DNA of 64,000 bases from Pseudomonadota bacterium (GTDB lineage Bacteria; Pseudomonadota; Gammaproteobacteria; Burkholderiales; Methylophilaceae), in the NCBI GenBank assembly GCA_029563075.1, contig JAKQTN010000069.1:7618-71617 (forward strand), written 5' to 3'. Within the stretch, counting starts at the first letter, position 1; every line of letters begins with the position of its first letter. Positions 31,666 to 45,897 of this stretch are shown here, in pieces. The notes under the pieces were generated by a model, which worked only from the letters and a program-made list of their open reading frames with translations, made no database searches and was not told where the DNA came from. Made by a program: the position numbers and the translations under genes.

Positions 31666-32406
31666 CTAGATTAACCAGTCTTTCAGTGCAGCAATCTGGC
31701 TGTGCTTGGTTAAGTCGACCTGAATCGGTGAAACCGATACCTGATTGTGTGCAATCGCATAAAAATCGGTACCTTCGCCACCGTCGTTGGGCTGGCCTGC
31801 TGCGCCCACCCAGTAAACGGTTTCACCGCGCGGCGTTTTAAGCTGCATCACGGGCTCTGCCTTATGGCGCTTGCCCAGACGGGTGACTACTTTGCCTTGC
31901 AACTCATCATAGGGCACATCCGGCACATTGATGTTGAGCAAAGTAGGTGATGCGAGCCCTGTTTTTATATAATGCTGAACCAGTTCAACCGTGATGCGGG
32001 CGGCGGTTTCAAAATGGGTGGCGTTGTGCTGCGACATTGAAATGGCAAATGAAGGAATATCCAGCAGGTAGCCTTCCATTGCCGCTGCGACCGTGCCGGA
32101 GTAAATGGTGTCATCGCCCATGTTCGCGCCATCGTTAATGCCGCTGATTACCATATCTGGCGGAGAATCCATTAAGCCGGTGAGTGCCAGATGTACGCAG
32201 TCTGTCGGCGTGCCGTTCACATAAAAAAAGCCATTGCTGGCTTTGCGCACACTCAAGGGCCTGTCCAGCGTAAGCGAGTTGCTCGCCCCGCTGCGATTGC
32301 GTTCGGGTGCAACCACGGTAATTTCGGCAATTTTCGAGATATGCTGCGCCAGAATATTCAGGCCTGGCGCAAAATAGCCGTCATCATTCGACAGGAGTAT
32401 TTTCAT
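31666..32406 (-). CDS. surE: 5'/3'-nucleotidase SurE
   Basis: [29 protein letters not shown]. Confidence 0.96.
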   Translation of the reverse strand: MKILLSNDDGYFAPGLNILAQHISKIAEITVVAPERNRSGASNSLTLDRPLSVRKASNGFFYVNGTPTDCVHLALTGLMDSPPDMVISGINDGANMGDDTIYSGTVAAAMEGYLLDIPSFAISMSQHNATHFETAARITVELVQHYIKTGLASPTLLNINVPDVPYDELQGKVVTRLGKRHKAEPVMQLKTPRGETVYWVGAAGQPNDGGEGTDFYAIAHNQVSVSPIQVDLTKHSQIAALKDWLI

Positions 32407-32458
32407 ACGTGACTTACTAATAGCATTTGCATGGGCTTATTATAAATGAAGCCCCCGT

Positions 32459-32799
32459 TTATTGAGAGGTGTTTCGGCCGAGTTTTGCGTAAAAAATTGC
32501 ACAGATAAAAAATATTACGCTCAGCAGGATTTCTATCAGCGCCAATCTGCTTGATATGCCGGTATCCGACCAAGCGCGTACAACACCTTCGGTGAAATAG
32601 AACAGGATGAACATGCTGGCCCATTGGTAAGTGTAGCGTCGGCCTTTGAGTATGCCAAAGAGCGGCAGCAACAAAGGCATGGCTTTTAAGATGAGCAGCG
32701 AGCCTTGCGGTTTAAGCGGTGCCAGCCAGCCTTCCCAGGCGATGCAGATTACGATAAGCGCGATCAGACTTGCACTCGCGCCTGTCTGTAACTGTTTGA

Positions 32800-32803
<4 letters not shown>
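32459..32803 (-). CDS. DUF2069-family membrane protein
   Basis: WEGWLAPL, LPLFGILKGRRYTYQWASM, YFTEGV. Confidence 0.8.
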
Positions 32804-34939
<2,136 letters not shown>

Positions 34940-34957
34940 TTTGGCAACTCCAAAAGT

Positions 34958-36340
<1,383 letters not shown>

Positions 36341-36415
36341 TCAAACAGCGGTTCGACAAACCGCTATTTTACCCTAAATTCTAATTGCTTATTAGTTGCT
36401 AGCTTTTGGTTGAGG

Positions 36416-37876
36416 CTATAGAGAGAGCATATCTACAAAAGTGTTGACTGGCATGGCCTCCAGCTTGGGTTGCTCTAAACATAAAGCCAGAATATCCGCT
36501 TGTTTTTTCACGTCAAAACGCCGTGCCAGGTTTACTTTGAATTTTTTTACCAATTCCGGAATGCCCTCTGCACGGCGGCGGCGGTGACCAATGGGATACT
36601 CCACTGCGATATTATTTGAGTTCGTACCATCTTTGAAGAAAATCTGAATCGCGTTGGCGATAGAGCGTTTTTCCGGGTCGTGATAATCGTGCGTATATTC
36701 TGGTTTTTCTACGCAGGTCATTTTAGCGCGAATGGCATCAATACGTGGGTCTGCGGCAGTTTTATCCTCATAATCCTGTGCAGTGAGACTGCCCTTGATT
36801 AAGCCGATTGCCGCCATGTATTGAATGCAGTGGTCGCGGTCAGCTGGATTGTTGAGCGGGCCAGTTTTGTCGATGATGCGAATGGCAGATTCATGCGTGG
36901 TGATGACGATTCTATCGATTTGTGCGATTTGCTCCAAGGTTTGCAATTTGTTTCCAGCTTCTTTGTTAAGCTGGAAGGCGCATTCCACTGCGGTCTGTGC
37001 ATGAAATTCAGCAGGGAATGAGATTTTGAACAGCACGTGTTCCATCACGTAAGAGCCATATGGTCGCTGGAATTTGAAAGCGTTGCCTTTGAACAGCACA
37101 TCGTAGAAGCCCCAAGTTTTAGCGGTGAGCGCGCTTGGATAACCCATTTCGCCTTGCATGGTCATCCAGGCCAAGCGCACTGCGCGACTTGTAGCGTCGC
37201 CGGCTGCCCATGATTTGCGCGAACCGGTATTCGGGCTATGACGATAGGTGCGCAGGCTTTGTCCATCCACAAACGCATTCGAAACCGCGTTGATAACATC
37301 CTCTTTATTGCCGCCGAGCAGCTTCGTTACCACCGCAGTTGAAGCGATTTTCACCAAGATGACATGGTCCAAACCTACGCGGTTAAAGCTGTTCTCAAGC
37401 GCCAGTACGCCTTGAATTTCATGCGCTTTAATCATGGCGGTCAGCACATCTTTAATGGTGAGCGGTGTTTTGCTCTCAGCCACGTTTTTACGCGAGATAT
37501 AGTCTGCCACGGCCAAAATGCCGCCCAAATTATCCGAGGGATGACCCCATTCCGCCGCCAGCCAGGTGTCGTTAAAGTCCAGCCAGCGAATCATTGCACC
37601 GATGTTGAAAGCGGCAAGAATCGGATCTAGCTGAAAGTTTGTGCCGGGAACTTTTGCGCCATTTGGCACGATCGTACCTGCGATCACGGGGCCGAGCAGT
37701 TTGGTGCAGGCAGGGTAATCCAGTGCTTCAAAGCCGCAACCCAGCGTATCCATCAGGCAGTTGCGTGCGGTATCAAAAGCTTCATCGCTTTTGATTTCGT
37801 AATCGGCGACATAATTGGCAATGTCAACAAGGACTTGATCGGGAGCAGGGCGGACGTTGGAAATGTGAGCGGACAT
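36416..37876 (-). CDS. prpD: 2-methylcitrate dehydratase
   Basis: [42 protein letters not shown]. Confidence 0.96.
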   Translation of the reverse strand: MSAHISNVRPAPDQVLVDIANYVADYEIKSDEAFDTARNCLMDTLGCGFEALDYPACTKLLGPVIAGTIVPNGAKVPGTNFQLDPILAAFNIGAMIRWLDFNDTWLAAEWGHPSDNLGGILAVADYISRKNVAESKTPLTIKDVLTAMIKAHEIQGVLALENSFNRVGLDHVILVKIASTAVVTKLLGGNKEDVINAVSNAFVDGQSLRTYRHSPNTGSRKSWAAGDATSRAVRLAWMTMQGEMGYPSALTAKTWGFYDVLFKGNAFKFQRPYGSYVMEHVLFKISFPAEFHAQTAVECAFQLNKEAGNKLQTLEQIAQIDRIVITTHESAIRIIDKTGPLNNPADRDHCIQYMAAIGLIKGSLTAQDYEDKTAADPRIDAIRAKMTCVEKPEYTHDYHDPEKRSIANAIQIFFKDGTNSNNIAVEYPIGHRRRRAEGIPELVKKFKVNLARRFDVKKQADILALCLEQPKLEAMPVNTFVDMLSL

Positions 37877-37892
37877 AATTTAATTACCCTTA

Positions 37893-38011
37893 TCAATTAG
37901 TTTTTAAGCGAATCGCTTTGTTACGCGGTGTTCAAAAACCTCATGTACTTTGTGTACATTCCGGTTTTTGCGCTCCGTGCGCCTCGCACTTCATCTTAAA
38001 AGCTGAATTGC
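37893..38011. mobile_element. 119-bp MITE-like element with imperfect terminal inverted repeats and TA flanks
   Basis: Left CAATT-AGTTTTTAAG (37894-37908) versus the reverse complement of right CTTAAAAGCTGAATTG (37995-38010). TA on both sides (37891-92, 38012-13). Internal hairpin CAAAAACC..ATGTAC-tttgt-GTACAT..GGTTTTTG. Confidence 0.55.
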
Positions 38012-38042
38012 TACAGGCAATTAAACGCAACAAAATTTAAGT

Positions 38043-39197
38043 TTATCTTTTATCTAATGGCACATACGGCCGATTCTCTGGCCCAGTGTATTCCGCATTT
38101 GGGCGGATGATTTTGTTGTCGATGCGCTGCTCAATGACATGCGCAACCCAGCCTGTGGTGCGTGAGATCACAAAAATCGGTGTGAACATGCCGGTAGGAA
38201 TACCCATCATGTGATAGCTGGAGGCGCTGTACCAATCCAAGTTTGGGAACATCTTTTTCTCGCGCCACATGGTCTCTTCAATGCGTGCAGAGACGTCAAA
38301 AAGCGTCATATTGCCGTTATCTTCGCCTAATCTACGAGAAACTGCTTTAATTGATTCATTTCTTGGGTCGGCAATCGTATATACAGGATGCCCAAACCCG
38401 ATAATGATTTCCTTGCGCGCCATGCGTTTCATAATATCGGCTTCGGCTTCATCGGGTGTTTTGTAACGCCCGATAATTTCCATTGCAGCCTCGTTAGCAC
38501 CGCCATGTTTTGAGCCGCGTAGTGCACCAATCGCTCCTGTAATGCAGCTGTACATATCAGACAGAGTGCCTGCAATAACCCGCGCAGTAAAAGTTGACGC
38601 ATTAAATTCATGCTCGGCGTACAGCACCAGCGAGGTGTTCATGGCGCGGATATGCAATTCAGATGGTGCTTTTCCATGCAGTAGATGCAAGAAGTGTGCA
38701 GCAATAGAATCCTCATCAGTCTCAACTTCGATGCGCTTGTGATTATGGTTAAAGTGATACCAGTACAATAAAATTGAGCCAAAGCAGGCAATGAGCCTGT
38801 CGCCCAAGTCTTTTGCTACGTCAGCATTACGGTCGCTGGCCTCTGGCTCTAGCGTGCCCAGCATGGAGCACCCTGTGCGCATCACATCCATCGGATGTGC
38901 GTTGGCGGGGATGCGTTCTAGCACCTCTTTGAGTGCCTGTGGCAAGCCGCGCAGCTTTTTTAGTCTGGCATGATAAGCCGTCAGTTGCGTTTTGTTGGGC
39001 AACTCTCCGTGAATGAGCAAATAAGCGACTTCTTCAAATGTGGCATATTTCGCAAGCTCGATGATGTCGTAACCACGATAATGCAGGTCGTTGCCTGTGT
39101 GTCCAACTGTGCAGATTGCTGTGCTGCCCGCTGCCACGCCAGCAAGGGCAACACCTTTTTTCTTTTTGGGTTCATGCGTTGTGATAGCTTCTGACAT
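38043..39197 (-). CDS. prpC: 2-methylcitrate synthase
   Basis: [41 protein letters not shown]. Start ATG 39197. Confidence 0.95.
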   Translation of the reverse strand: MSEAITTHEPKKKKGVALAGVAAGSTAICTVGHTGNDLHYRGYDIIELAKYATFEEVAYLLIHGELPNKTQLTAYHARLKKLRGLPQALKEVLERIPANAHPMDVMRTGCSMLGTLEPEASDRNADVAKDLGDRLIACFGSILLYWYHFNHNHKRIEVETDEDSIAAHFLHLLHGKAPSELHIRAMNTSLVLYAEHEFNASTFTARVIAGTLSDMYSCITGAIGALRGSKHGGANEAAMEIIGRYKTPDEAEADIMKRMARKEIIIGFGHPVYTIADPRNESIKAVSRRLGEDNGNMTLFDVSARIEETMWREKKMFPNLDWYSASSYHMMGIPTGMFTPIFVISRTTGWVAHVIEQRIDNKIIRPNAEYTGPENRPYVPLDKR

Positions 39198-39198
39198 G

Positions 39199-40083
39199 CT
39201 ATTTTCCTTCCTTGAATAGCTGATCCAGCTTCTGCTCATAGGCGTGATAACCTAAGTGTTCGTAAAGCTCAGCGCGTGTCTGCATCAAATCCAGCACGTT
39301 TTTTTGAGTGCCTTCTTTTTTAACGGATTGATATACCTTAAGCGCGGCTTGGTTCATCGCCCTGAACGCCGAGAGAGGGTAGAGCACCATGCTGACATTC
39401 GCTGTTGCCAGTTCATTTACAGTGAATAACGGTGTGCTGCCAAACTCGGTGATATTGGCGAGCACCGGTACTTTTACAGCTTCGGCAAATTGTTTGTACA
39501 TGCCGAGATCGGTAATTGCTTCGGGGAACACCATGTCTGCGCCTGCCTCGACACAGGCACAGGCGCGGTCAATAGCGGACTGCAGTCCCTCCACAGCCAG
39601 TGCATCGGTGCGCGCCATAATCACAAAATCCAGGTCGGTTTTCGCATCTACAGCGGCTTTGATGCGGTCGACCATTTCTACCTGGCTGACAATCGCTTTG
39701 TTCGGGCGATGCCCGCAGCGTTTAGCCTGTACCTGGTCTTCAATATGAACGGCAGCGGCACCTGCTTTAATCACGCTTTTAATAGCGCGCGCAATGTTAA
39801 AGGCACCGCCAAAACCGGTGTCGATATCCACCAGCAAAGGCGTGTCAACCGCATCAGTGATTCGGCGCACATCAATCAATACGTCTTCCAGTGTGGAAAT
39901 GCCTAAATCGGGCAGGCCCAGTGAGCCCGCGGCCACACCACCGCCGGAAAGGTAAATGGCTTGAAAGCCGCTCTGGGTGGCAAGCATGGCGTGGTAGGCG
40001 TTAATCGCGCCGATGATTTGCAGCGGCTTCTCGGCTTTTAATGCGGCGCGAAAACGTGCGCCGGCAGACTGTGATGTTGTCAT
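39199..40083 (-). CDS. prpB: 2-methylisocitrate lyase
   Basis: [31 protein letters not shown]. Start corrected to ATG 40083. Confidence 0.96.
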   Translation of the reverse strand: MTTSQSAGARFRAALKAEKPLQIIGAINAYHAMLATQSGFQAIYLSGGGVAAGSLGLPDLGISTLEDVLIDVRRITDAVDTPLLVDIDTGFGGAFNIARAIKSVIKAGAAAVHIEDQVQAKRCGHRPNKAIVSQVEMVDRIKAAVDAKTDLDFVIMARTDALAVEGLQSAIDRACACVEAGADMVFPEAITDLGMYKQFAEAVKVPVLANITEFGSTPLFTVNELATANVSMVLYPLSAFRAMNQAALKVYQSVKKEGTQKNVLDLMQTRAELYEHLGYHAYEQKLDQLFKEGK

Positions 40084-41081
40084 GAAAAAAACCTTTGCTG
40101 AGCTTCGCTGGAAATTGCCACGCCAGTGAGTTTGGCTTTTTGCAGAATCTCCCAAAAATAGCGATAGGTGGCTCTGTCGTGCAACTCGCCTGCATATTGA
40201 ATTGGCCCCCAATCGGCCTGTTGCGCAGCAAGCAGGATATTTGCGGCATCCGCCACTTCGTCAAAATTGGGTTTCATGGCGTCGACAATCGCCTGAATCT
40301 GAGTAGGATAGATGCTCCACATGCGCATAAACCCAAATTCTTTACGGGCGCGGCTTGCATCGCTGAATGTGGTTTCCACGCTTTTTAAATCCAGTGTCAC
40401 GTTATGCGCAGGCACAACACCATTGGCCAAAGCGGCCGCCACTACTTCAGCTTTGGCGCGCGCTAATAATCTGTGCTCAAACTGCCCTGGGCTGCGCATG
40501 GCCGAAGCCGGAATCGCGCCGTGATGCGCGCTGACAAAATCCATCAAGCCAAAATCTAGTACTTGCACCCACGGCAACGTGGCGATTTCATGCGCTTGTC
40601 TGAGCGCGCCATGCGTTTCAATCAAAATATGCACAGGGATTTCACGTGGTTTTCCATTTTGTGAAACTCCGAAAAAAGTTGTCATTTTCTGGATATAAGC
40701 GGTCATTTCTCTCGCTTGGGCTAGCGTCGTGCATTTAGGAATCGTGATGTAGCTTAGCACCTGCCCAGCGCCGCCTACCAGGATGTTGACATCCTGCTTC
40801 CAGGCGGGGTGTGTATAGTCATGAATGCGTACACCTGCCATTTTGTGTTTGTTGGCGTCGCTGTTTAATACGCGTACAATCATTTCCGCGTGCTCACGTT
40901 CTTGACCGCTTGCTGCGCCATCCTCGCAGTCGCAGGTAATATCAAAAACCGCGCCGATACTGTCCTGCAGGGCAAGTGCTTTTAAGATGAGCTTTTCGCT
41001 GCCGGCGAAATGTTCGCATGCCGGAATCAGCGGAAAAGGTTTTTCGCCGCCAAAAAGTGCGTCTTTTGGATGGACTGCCAT
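40080..41081 (-). CDS. CitE-family (HpcH/HpaI aldolase/citrate lyase) protein 1, betaproteobacterial type
   Basis: MHPKDALF-type N-terminus, [31 protein letters not shown]. Confidence 0.85.
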   Translation of the reverse strand: MAVHPKDALFGGEKPFPLIPACEHFAGSEKLILKALALQDSIGAVFDITCDCEDGAASGQEREHAEMIVRVLNSDANKHKMAGVRIHDYTHPAWKQDVNILVGGAGQVLSYITIPKCTTLAQAREMTAYIQKMTTFFGVSQNGKPREIPVHILIETHGALRQAHEIATLPWVQVLDFGLMDFVSAHHGAIPASAMRSPGQFEHRLLARAKAEVVAAALANGVVPAHNVTLDLKSVETTFSDASRARKEFGFMRMWSIYPTQIQAIVDAMKPNFDEVADAANILLAAQQADWGPIQYAGELHDRATYRYFWEILQKAKLTGVAISSEAQQRFFS

Positions 41082-42152
41082 TTAATTACTCCCTTTGCGT
41101 GGCATAAGCACTGTGTAGTCAAGGTCTAGCACTACATTGGGGTGATAGCCTTTTTCAGATTTTATTTGCGCCAGTTCACTTACTGGCATATTTTTGATGC
41201 CAGCCATGCGCAAACGCAATGCGCCTATATCGGTGCGGTCGGGTAATGCCCAAACGTCCAGCACTTCGGTCAGGGCATAGATCGTATCGCCAGCAAAGCT
41301 TGGATTGGCATGTGTTCCAGCATTAATGGCTAAGATGGAAATGGCGTTTTCCAGGCCGTCAAAACTCAAGGCGCGGCAAATTGAAATCGGCACGCCGCCA
41401 TACACCAGGCGTTTACCAAAGCTTGAGGATTGCATTGCAAAGTCATCAAAATGCAAACGTGCGTTATTCTGGTAGAGTCGTGTCGCGAGTGAATGGTCGC
41501 CATGATTAATTGTCATGCCGGCGGCATGATGGATGCGCTCGCCTGCCTGGTAGTCTTCCCAAAAATACTGGCCGCCAGTGGCTTTATTATTAAAGTTTTT
41601 GGCAGAAAAATTGGCTGGAATATTCAAGTTTTTAGGCGCGACAAGGCCTGGTAATTCCGGAATGACTGTTTCAGGCGCAAGTCCACTCATGTTGTTTTTA
41701 TGAACCATCACCCAACGCACCCAGCTTAAAACAGGTTCATTTCTTTGATTGACAGAGGTTGAACGTACATAGACCACGCCGCTTTTGCCATTGGAATTCT
41801 GTTTTAAGCCAATCACCTGGCTGGATGTGGAAAGCGTCTCGCCCGCAAAAACCGGCTGCACAAAACGTACATCCGCATAACCTAAATTTGCCACCGCATT
41901 GACTGAAATATCCGGCACGGTTTTGCCAAAGGCGATATGAAACGAGAGTAAATCATCTATGGGCGTGGTTTTGTAGCCTAAAGATTGCGCAAAAGGTTCG
42001 CTGCAATGTAGCGGGTTGCGCGAACCGGTAAGCGCAATATACAGCGCGCAATCGCCAGCGGTAACAGTGCGCGGCGCTGCGTGCTGAATCACTTCATTCA
42101 GCGTGAAGTCTTCAAAAAAGCGACCTGCGTTGATTTTTGTAGAAACGGTCAT
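41082..42152 (-). CDS. Double-hotdog MaoC hydratase, mesaconyl-C1-CoA hydratase (Mch)-like
   Basis: NAGRFFEDF, FHIAFGKTVPDISVNAVANLGYA, SGVVYVRS, WVRWVMV. These closely resemble alphaproteobacterial Mch as I recall it. Confidence 0.78.
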   Translation of the reverse strand: MTVSTKINAGRFFEDFTLNEVIQHAAPRTVTAGDCALYIALTGSRNPLHCSEPFAQSLGYKTTPIDDLLSFHIAFGKTVPDISVNAVANLGYADVRFVQPVFAGETLSTSSQVIGLKQNSNGKSGVVYVRSTSVNQRNEPVLSWVRWVMVHKNNMSGLAPETVIPELPGLVAPKNLNIPANFSAKNFNNKATGGQYFWEDYQAGERIHHAAGMTINHGDHSLATRLYQNNARLHFDDFAMQSSSFGKRLVYGGVPISICRALSFDGLENAISILAINAGTHANPSFAGDTIYALTEVLDVWALPDRTDIGALRLRMAGIKNMPVSELAQIKSEKGYHPNVVLDLDYTVLMPRKGSN

Positions 42153-43034
42153 CTATATAAGCTCTTCTTCTAATTCTGCGATCATGTCATGCAGTTTTAA
42201 CAAGCGCTGCGCGGCCTTTACATGGTGATGCTCGACCAGTCTGTCGTTCACCACCACGGTGCCGCGACCAGATTCATTGGCTTCTTTAAGCGCCTGAATA
42301 ATTGCGCGCGCATCTGCAACCTCGCTCGCTTTTGGCGTGTAGGCGTCGTTACTATAGGCAATTTGGCCAGGATGCACTAAGGTTTTGCCATCAAAGCCCA
42401 TATCTCGCCCCAAGCGGCAGGCGTATTCAAACGAATGCACATTCTTAAAGTCACTGGTGATACCATCTACCACGCAACGCCCATAAGCTCGCGCAGCCAA
42501 TATCACCAATGACAATGCAGTTAATATCGCGCTTTGCTCGTGTGTCACTCTCGCATGCAACTGTGAGGTTAAATCAGATGTCGCTATCATCATGCAAACA
42601 ATTCGGTCGGATGCTGCTGCGATTTCTTTGGCATTGAGCACCGCAATCGGGCTTTCTATCATCACCATAATCGGCATATGACTTCCGCCTGCATTATCCA
42701 GCAGTTTGAGCGCGGTATGCACATGCTCGGCCGATTCTATATTAGGAAAAAGTATCGCATGCGCACCAATATTGGCGACTGCTCTGATGTCGTCATGCCC
42801 CCAGATGGAATCGAGATTATTCACGCGCACGATCACCTCGCGTGAACCATAGCCACCTTGCTTTACTGCGGCGACAATGTTGTTGCGAGATTCAATTTTA
42901 GCGTCCACCAGAATCGGGTCACCCAGGTCGAGAATCACTGCGTCCGCAGGCAAGGTACGCGCGCGGTCCAGATAGCGCTGGTTGCAACCGGGTACATAAA
43001 GTACAGAGCGACGTGGTCGAAAACAAAGTTCCAT
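42153..43034 (-). CDS. CitE-family protein 2, malyl-CoA lyase/thioesterase (Mcl2)-like, with divergent motifs
   Basis: RPRRSVLYVPG, VRVN, MIES, GRDMGFDGKTLVHPGQI. Start corrected to ATG 43034. Confidence 0.8.
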   Translation of the reverse strand: MELCFRPRRSVLYVPGCNQRYLDRARTLPADAVILDLGDPILVDAKIESRNNIVAAVKQGGYGSREVIVRVNNLDSIWGHDDIRAVANIGAHAILFPNIESAEHVHTALKLLDNAGGSHMPIMVMIESPIAVLNAKEIAAASDRIVCMMIATSDLTSQLHARVTHEQSAILTALSLVILAARAYGRCVVDGITSDFKNVHSFEYACRLGRDMGFDGKTLVHPGQIAYSNDAYTPKASEVADARAIIQALKEANESGRGTVVVNDRLVEHHHVKAAQRLLKLHDMIAELEEELI

Positions 43035-43097
43035 AAAAATAAGTTTTAGTTGTGTATTGCAGCGATTATATAGATGGCTTTCTTGCGCTGTCAACAA

Positions 43098-43122
43098 ATA
43101 TCTTATGTCTTATATAAGATAT
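43098..43122. promoter_or_regulatory. GntR/HutC (SdhR-type) operator palindrome
   Basis: ATATCTTAT-gtcttat-ATAAGATAT. The core TCTTATGTCTTATATAAGA matches, from memory, the motif predicted for betaproteobacterial SdhR. Confidence 0.75.
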
Positions 43123-43188
43123 AAAATACTAGACTATTTTTATTCAGTATGTTTTAATTTGTTTAACTTAGAATAGCTGCAGTAAACC

Positions 43189-43926
43189 ATGAAAGATAAA
43201 ACTTACACTTCGCCAAGTTACAAGCCGCTTTACGATCAGATCAAGGTGTTGTTAACTCAAAGCTTGATTGGCGGTGAATGGCGTCCTGGTGAAATGATCC
43301 CAAGCGAAATCGAGCTGGCAGCACGCTATAAAGTAAGCCAAGGTACAGTGCGTAAGGCTATTGATAGCCTCGCAGGTGAGAATATTCTGATTCGCCGCCA
43401 GGGCAAAGGGACTTTTGTCGCCACACACAACGAGGAAGGTATCAAGCTGCGTTTTTTACGTCTGACCGCAGTGAATGGCCAAAAGGAGTTGCTGCAGAAT
43501 GAGTTGATATCGTGCGCTAAAACCAAAGCGGATAATCGCATTGCCAAGATTCTGGAGTTGAAGGCAGGTGCTGCCATGATTGAAGTAAAACGGCTACTTA
43601 CGTTTTCTGGCAGGCCATTGATTTATGACCATATAATCGTCCCAGCCGCACAGTTTAAAGGCCTGAATGCGAATAGGGTGGAAGAGAATAACGGTTCGAT
43701 GTACAGCATGTATGAGACGGAATACGGCATCCGCATGATTCGTGCAGAGGAGCGGCTTACCGCTGTGGCGGCAACGGATGAGGTTGCAAAAGCATTGCAT
43801 TTAAGCGAAGGCGCGCCACTGTTGAGTATTGAGCGCGTTTCGTATACTTATGGCGATAAGCCTATGGAATGGCGGCTAGGCTTATGTTTAACAGACGATC
43901 ATCACTACATGAGCGAATTAGAGTAA
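43189..43926 (+). CDS. GntR/HutC-family regulator (SdhR-type)
   Basis: PLYDQIK...PSEIELAARYKVSQGTVRKAI...QGKGTFV plus UTRA domain; upstream of sdhCDAB. Confidence 0.92.
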   Translation: MKDKTYTSPSYKPLYDQIKVLLTQSLIGGEWRPGEMIPSEIELAARYKVSQGTVRKAIDSLAGENILIRRQGKGTFVATHNEEGIKLRFLRLTAVNGQKELLQNELISCAKTKADNRIAKILELKAGAAMIEVKRLLTFSGRPLIYDHIIVPAAQFKGLNANRVEENNGSMYSMYETEYGIRMIRAEERLTAVAATDEVAKALHLSEGAPLLSIERVSYTYGDKPMEWRLGLCLTDDHHYMSELE

Positions 43927-43942
43927 AAATTGGAAGCAATAA

Positions 43943-45139
43943 ATGGATGACCTAAAAAAACGCGCACTCGATTATCATCAATTCCCCGTTCCTGGCAAGT
44001 TGAGCGTGGAGTCGTCCAAGCCTTGTGCGACGCAGGATGATTTGTCGCTGGCCTACACGCCCGGCGTAGCCGAGCCAGTACGTGAAATCAATGCTGACCC
44101 GGCCAATGCTTATAAGTATACTAACAAAGGCAATCTGGTCGCTGTGATTACCGATGGTACAGCGGTACTGGGCTTAGGTAATATGGGTGCGCTGGCTAGC
44201 AAACCGGTGATGGAGGGCAAGGCTGTCCTGTTCAAGCGCTTTGCGGGCATTGATGTGTTTGATATTGAAATCAATGCTAAAACGCCTGATGAATTTATTC
44301 AAACGGTCGTAAATATTGCGCCTACATTTGGCGGCATCAATCTGGAAGATATCGCGGCGCCGCATTGCTTTTACATTGAGAACGAGCTTAAAAAGCGCCT
44401 CGACATTCCTGTGTTCCATGATGATCAGCATGGCACGGCAGTCATAGTGGCGGCAGCCCTGTTGAACGCGCTTGAGCTGCAAGGCAAAACTTTGCCAACC
44501 GCAAAAATTGTGTTTCTGGGCGCGGGCGCGGCGGGTTGTTCATGTGCTAAGTTACTCAAGCTCATGGGCGCAACCAATGTGACGATGGTCGATAAAAAAG
44601 GGGTGCTTGATGCGGAAAGAGCCGATCTGCATGAGAATAATCGCGATCTTGCTGTGCAGCCAACCAGCTCAAAAACGCTGGCTGATGTCATGCCAAATTG
44701 CGATGTATTTATAGGTGTTTCGGCTAAAAATGCCCTGGATGCAGCACTGATTAGGAGTATGGCCAAAAATCCGATTATCTTTGCCTTAGCTAACCCTGAT
44801 CCTGAAGTATTGCCGAGCGTGGCACATGCCATACGCGATGATATTTTGATGGCAACCGGCCGCAGCGACTTTCCAAACCAGGTGAATAATGCGCTGTGTT
44901 TCCCTTATCTGTTCCGTGGCGCGCTGGATGCCAAAGCCACAAAGATCACGGAGAAAATGAAAATTGCCGCTGCACATGCATTGAGCGAGTTGGCGCGGGA
45001 GCCAGTGCCAGCCGATGTCTTGAAGGCATACAACCTGCAGGCGCTTGAATTCGGAAAAAATTACATTATTCCAAAGCCCTTCGACAAGCGTTTATTGGCG
45101 CGGGTTTCAGGGGCGGTCGCAATCGCCGCAATAGAATAA
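43943..45139 (+). CDS. NAD(P)-dependent malic enzyme, short form without PTA domain
   Basis: [46 protein letters not shown]; 398 aa. Confidence 0.93.
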   Translation: MDDLKKRALDYHQFPVPGKLSVESSKPCATQDDLSLAYTPGVAEPVREINADPANAYKYTNKGNLVAVITDGTAVLGLGNMGALASKPVMEGKAVLFKRFAGIDVFDIEINAKTPDEFIQTVVNIAPTFGGINLEDIAAPHCFYIENELKKRLDIPVFHDDQHGTAVIVAAALLNALELQGKTLPTAKIVFLGAGAAGCSCAKLLKLMGATNVTMVDKKGVLDAERADLHENNRDLAVQPTSSKTLADVMPNCDVFIGVSAKNALDAALIRSMAKNPIIFALANPDPEVLPSVAHAIRDDILMATGRSDFPNQVNNALCFPYLFRGALDAKATKITEKMKIAAAHALSELAREPVPADVLKAYNLQALEFGKNYIIPKPFDKRLLARVSGAVAIAAIE

Positions 45140-45153
45140 GAAAAAATAGAATC

Positions 45154-45540
45154 ATGCAGAAAAAAACAGCCAGAAGCCGTCCCAAGAACCTGAATCTGTT
45201 CACTATCCGCTTGCCGATTAACGCAGTGGTTTCCATTCTACATCGTGTGTCAGGTATGGTTTTGTTTTTAATGTTGCCGCTCATTTTGCTGGCGTTTCAG
45301 CGCTCTGTGAAATCGCAAGATAGTTATACAGCACTAGCTGAACTGTTGAATGTCTGGTTTATAAAGCTCATGCTTATTGGGTTGGCATGGTCATTCTCCC
45401 ATCATTTTTTTGCAGGCATCAGGCATTTAATGCAAGACATACACTGGATGACCAGCTTGCAAAAAGCGCGATTTTCTGGCCGTGTAGTGCTGTGGTTAGT
45501 AGGATTTTCTGTAGCTATTTTTGCTTTTGTGGTTTGGTAG
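45154..45540 (+). CDS. sdhC: Succinate dehydrogenase cytochrome b556 subunit
   Basis: RPKNLNL, SILHRVSG, HHFFAGIRHL. Confidence 0.93.
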   Translation: MQKKTARSRPKNLNLFTIRLPINAVVSILHRVSGMVLFLMLPLILLAFQRSVKSQDSYTALAELLNVWFIKLMLIGLAWSFSHHFFAGIRHLMQDIHWMTSLQKARFSGRVVLWLVGFSVAIFAFVVW

Positions 45541-45546
45541 TTTTGT

Positions 45547-45894
45547 ATGTTAATTCAACTGCTTACTGATAAATACCCTGGCATGCGTCTGTGGCTGTCT
45601 CAGCGCTTAACTGCAGTCATCATGGCTAGTTACGTGTTGTTTTTCGTAATTATGCTTATTGTTCAACGGCCTGTAGGGTATGAAGCTTGGTATACATTCG
45701 TGTCGCCAGCCTGGTTTAGATTTGCTACGTTATTATTTTTTGTATGCCTCTTTTCGCATGCATGGCTGGGAGTGCGCGATGTGCTGCGGGATTATATTTT
45801 TAACCTAAACTTGAGGAATTATCTGCAAATGCTGGTAGATATTTTGCTGGTGATTTATCTAGCTTGGGTGTCGGTTATTTTATGGAACATTTAA
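45547..45894 (+). CDS. sdhD: Succinate dehydrogenase membrane anchor
   Basis: WLSQRLTAV, HAWLGVRDVLRDYI. Confidence 0.92.
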   Translation: MLIQLLTDKYPGMRLWLSQRLTAVIMASYVLFFVIMLIVQRPVGYEAWYTFVSPAWFRFATLLFFVCLFSHAWLGVRDVLRDYIFNLNLRNYLQMLVDILLVIYLAWVSVILWNI

Positions 45895-45897
45895 CAA

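Noticed and set aside
36346-36364. AGCGGTT-N5-AACCGCT hairpin upstream of purB as a purine/ZTP riboswitch
   Set aside because: It is a single small stem without the conserved riboswitch nucleotides; more likely a terminator of prpD or a leader stem.
39199-40212. 337-aa prpB ORF with a 43-aa N-terminal extension
   Set aside because: The extension overlaps CitE1 in another frame; the real start is ATG 40083 with an ATGA overlap.
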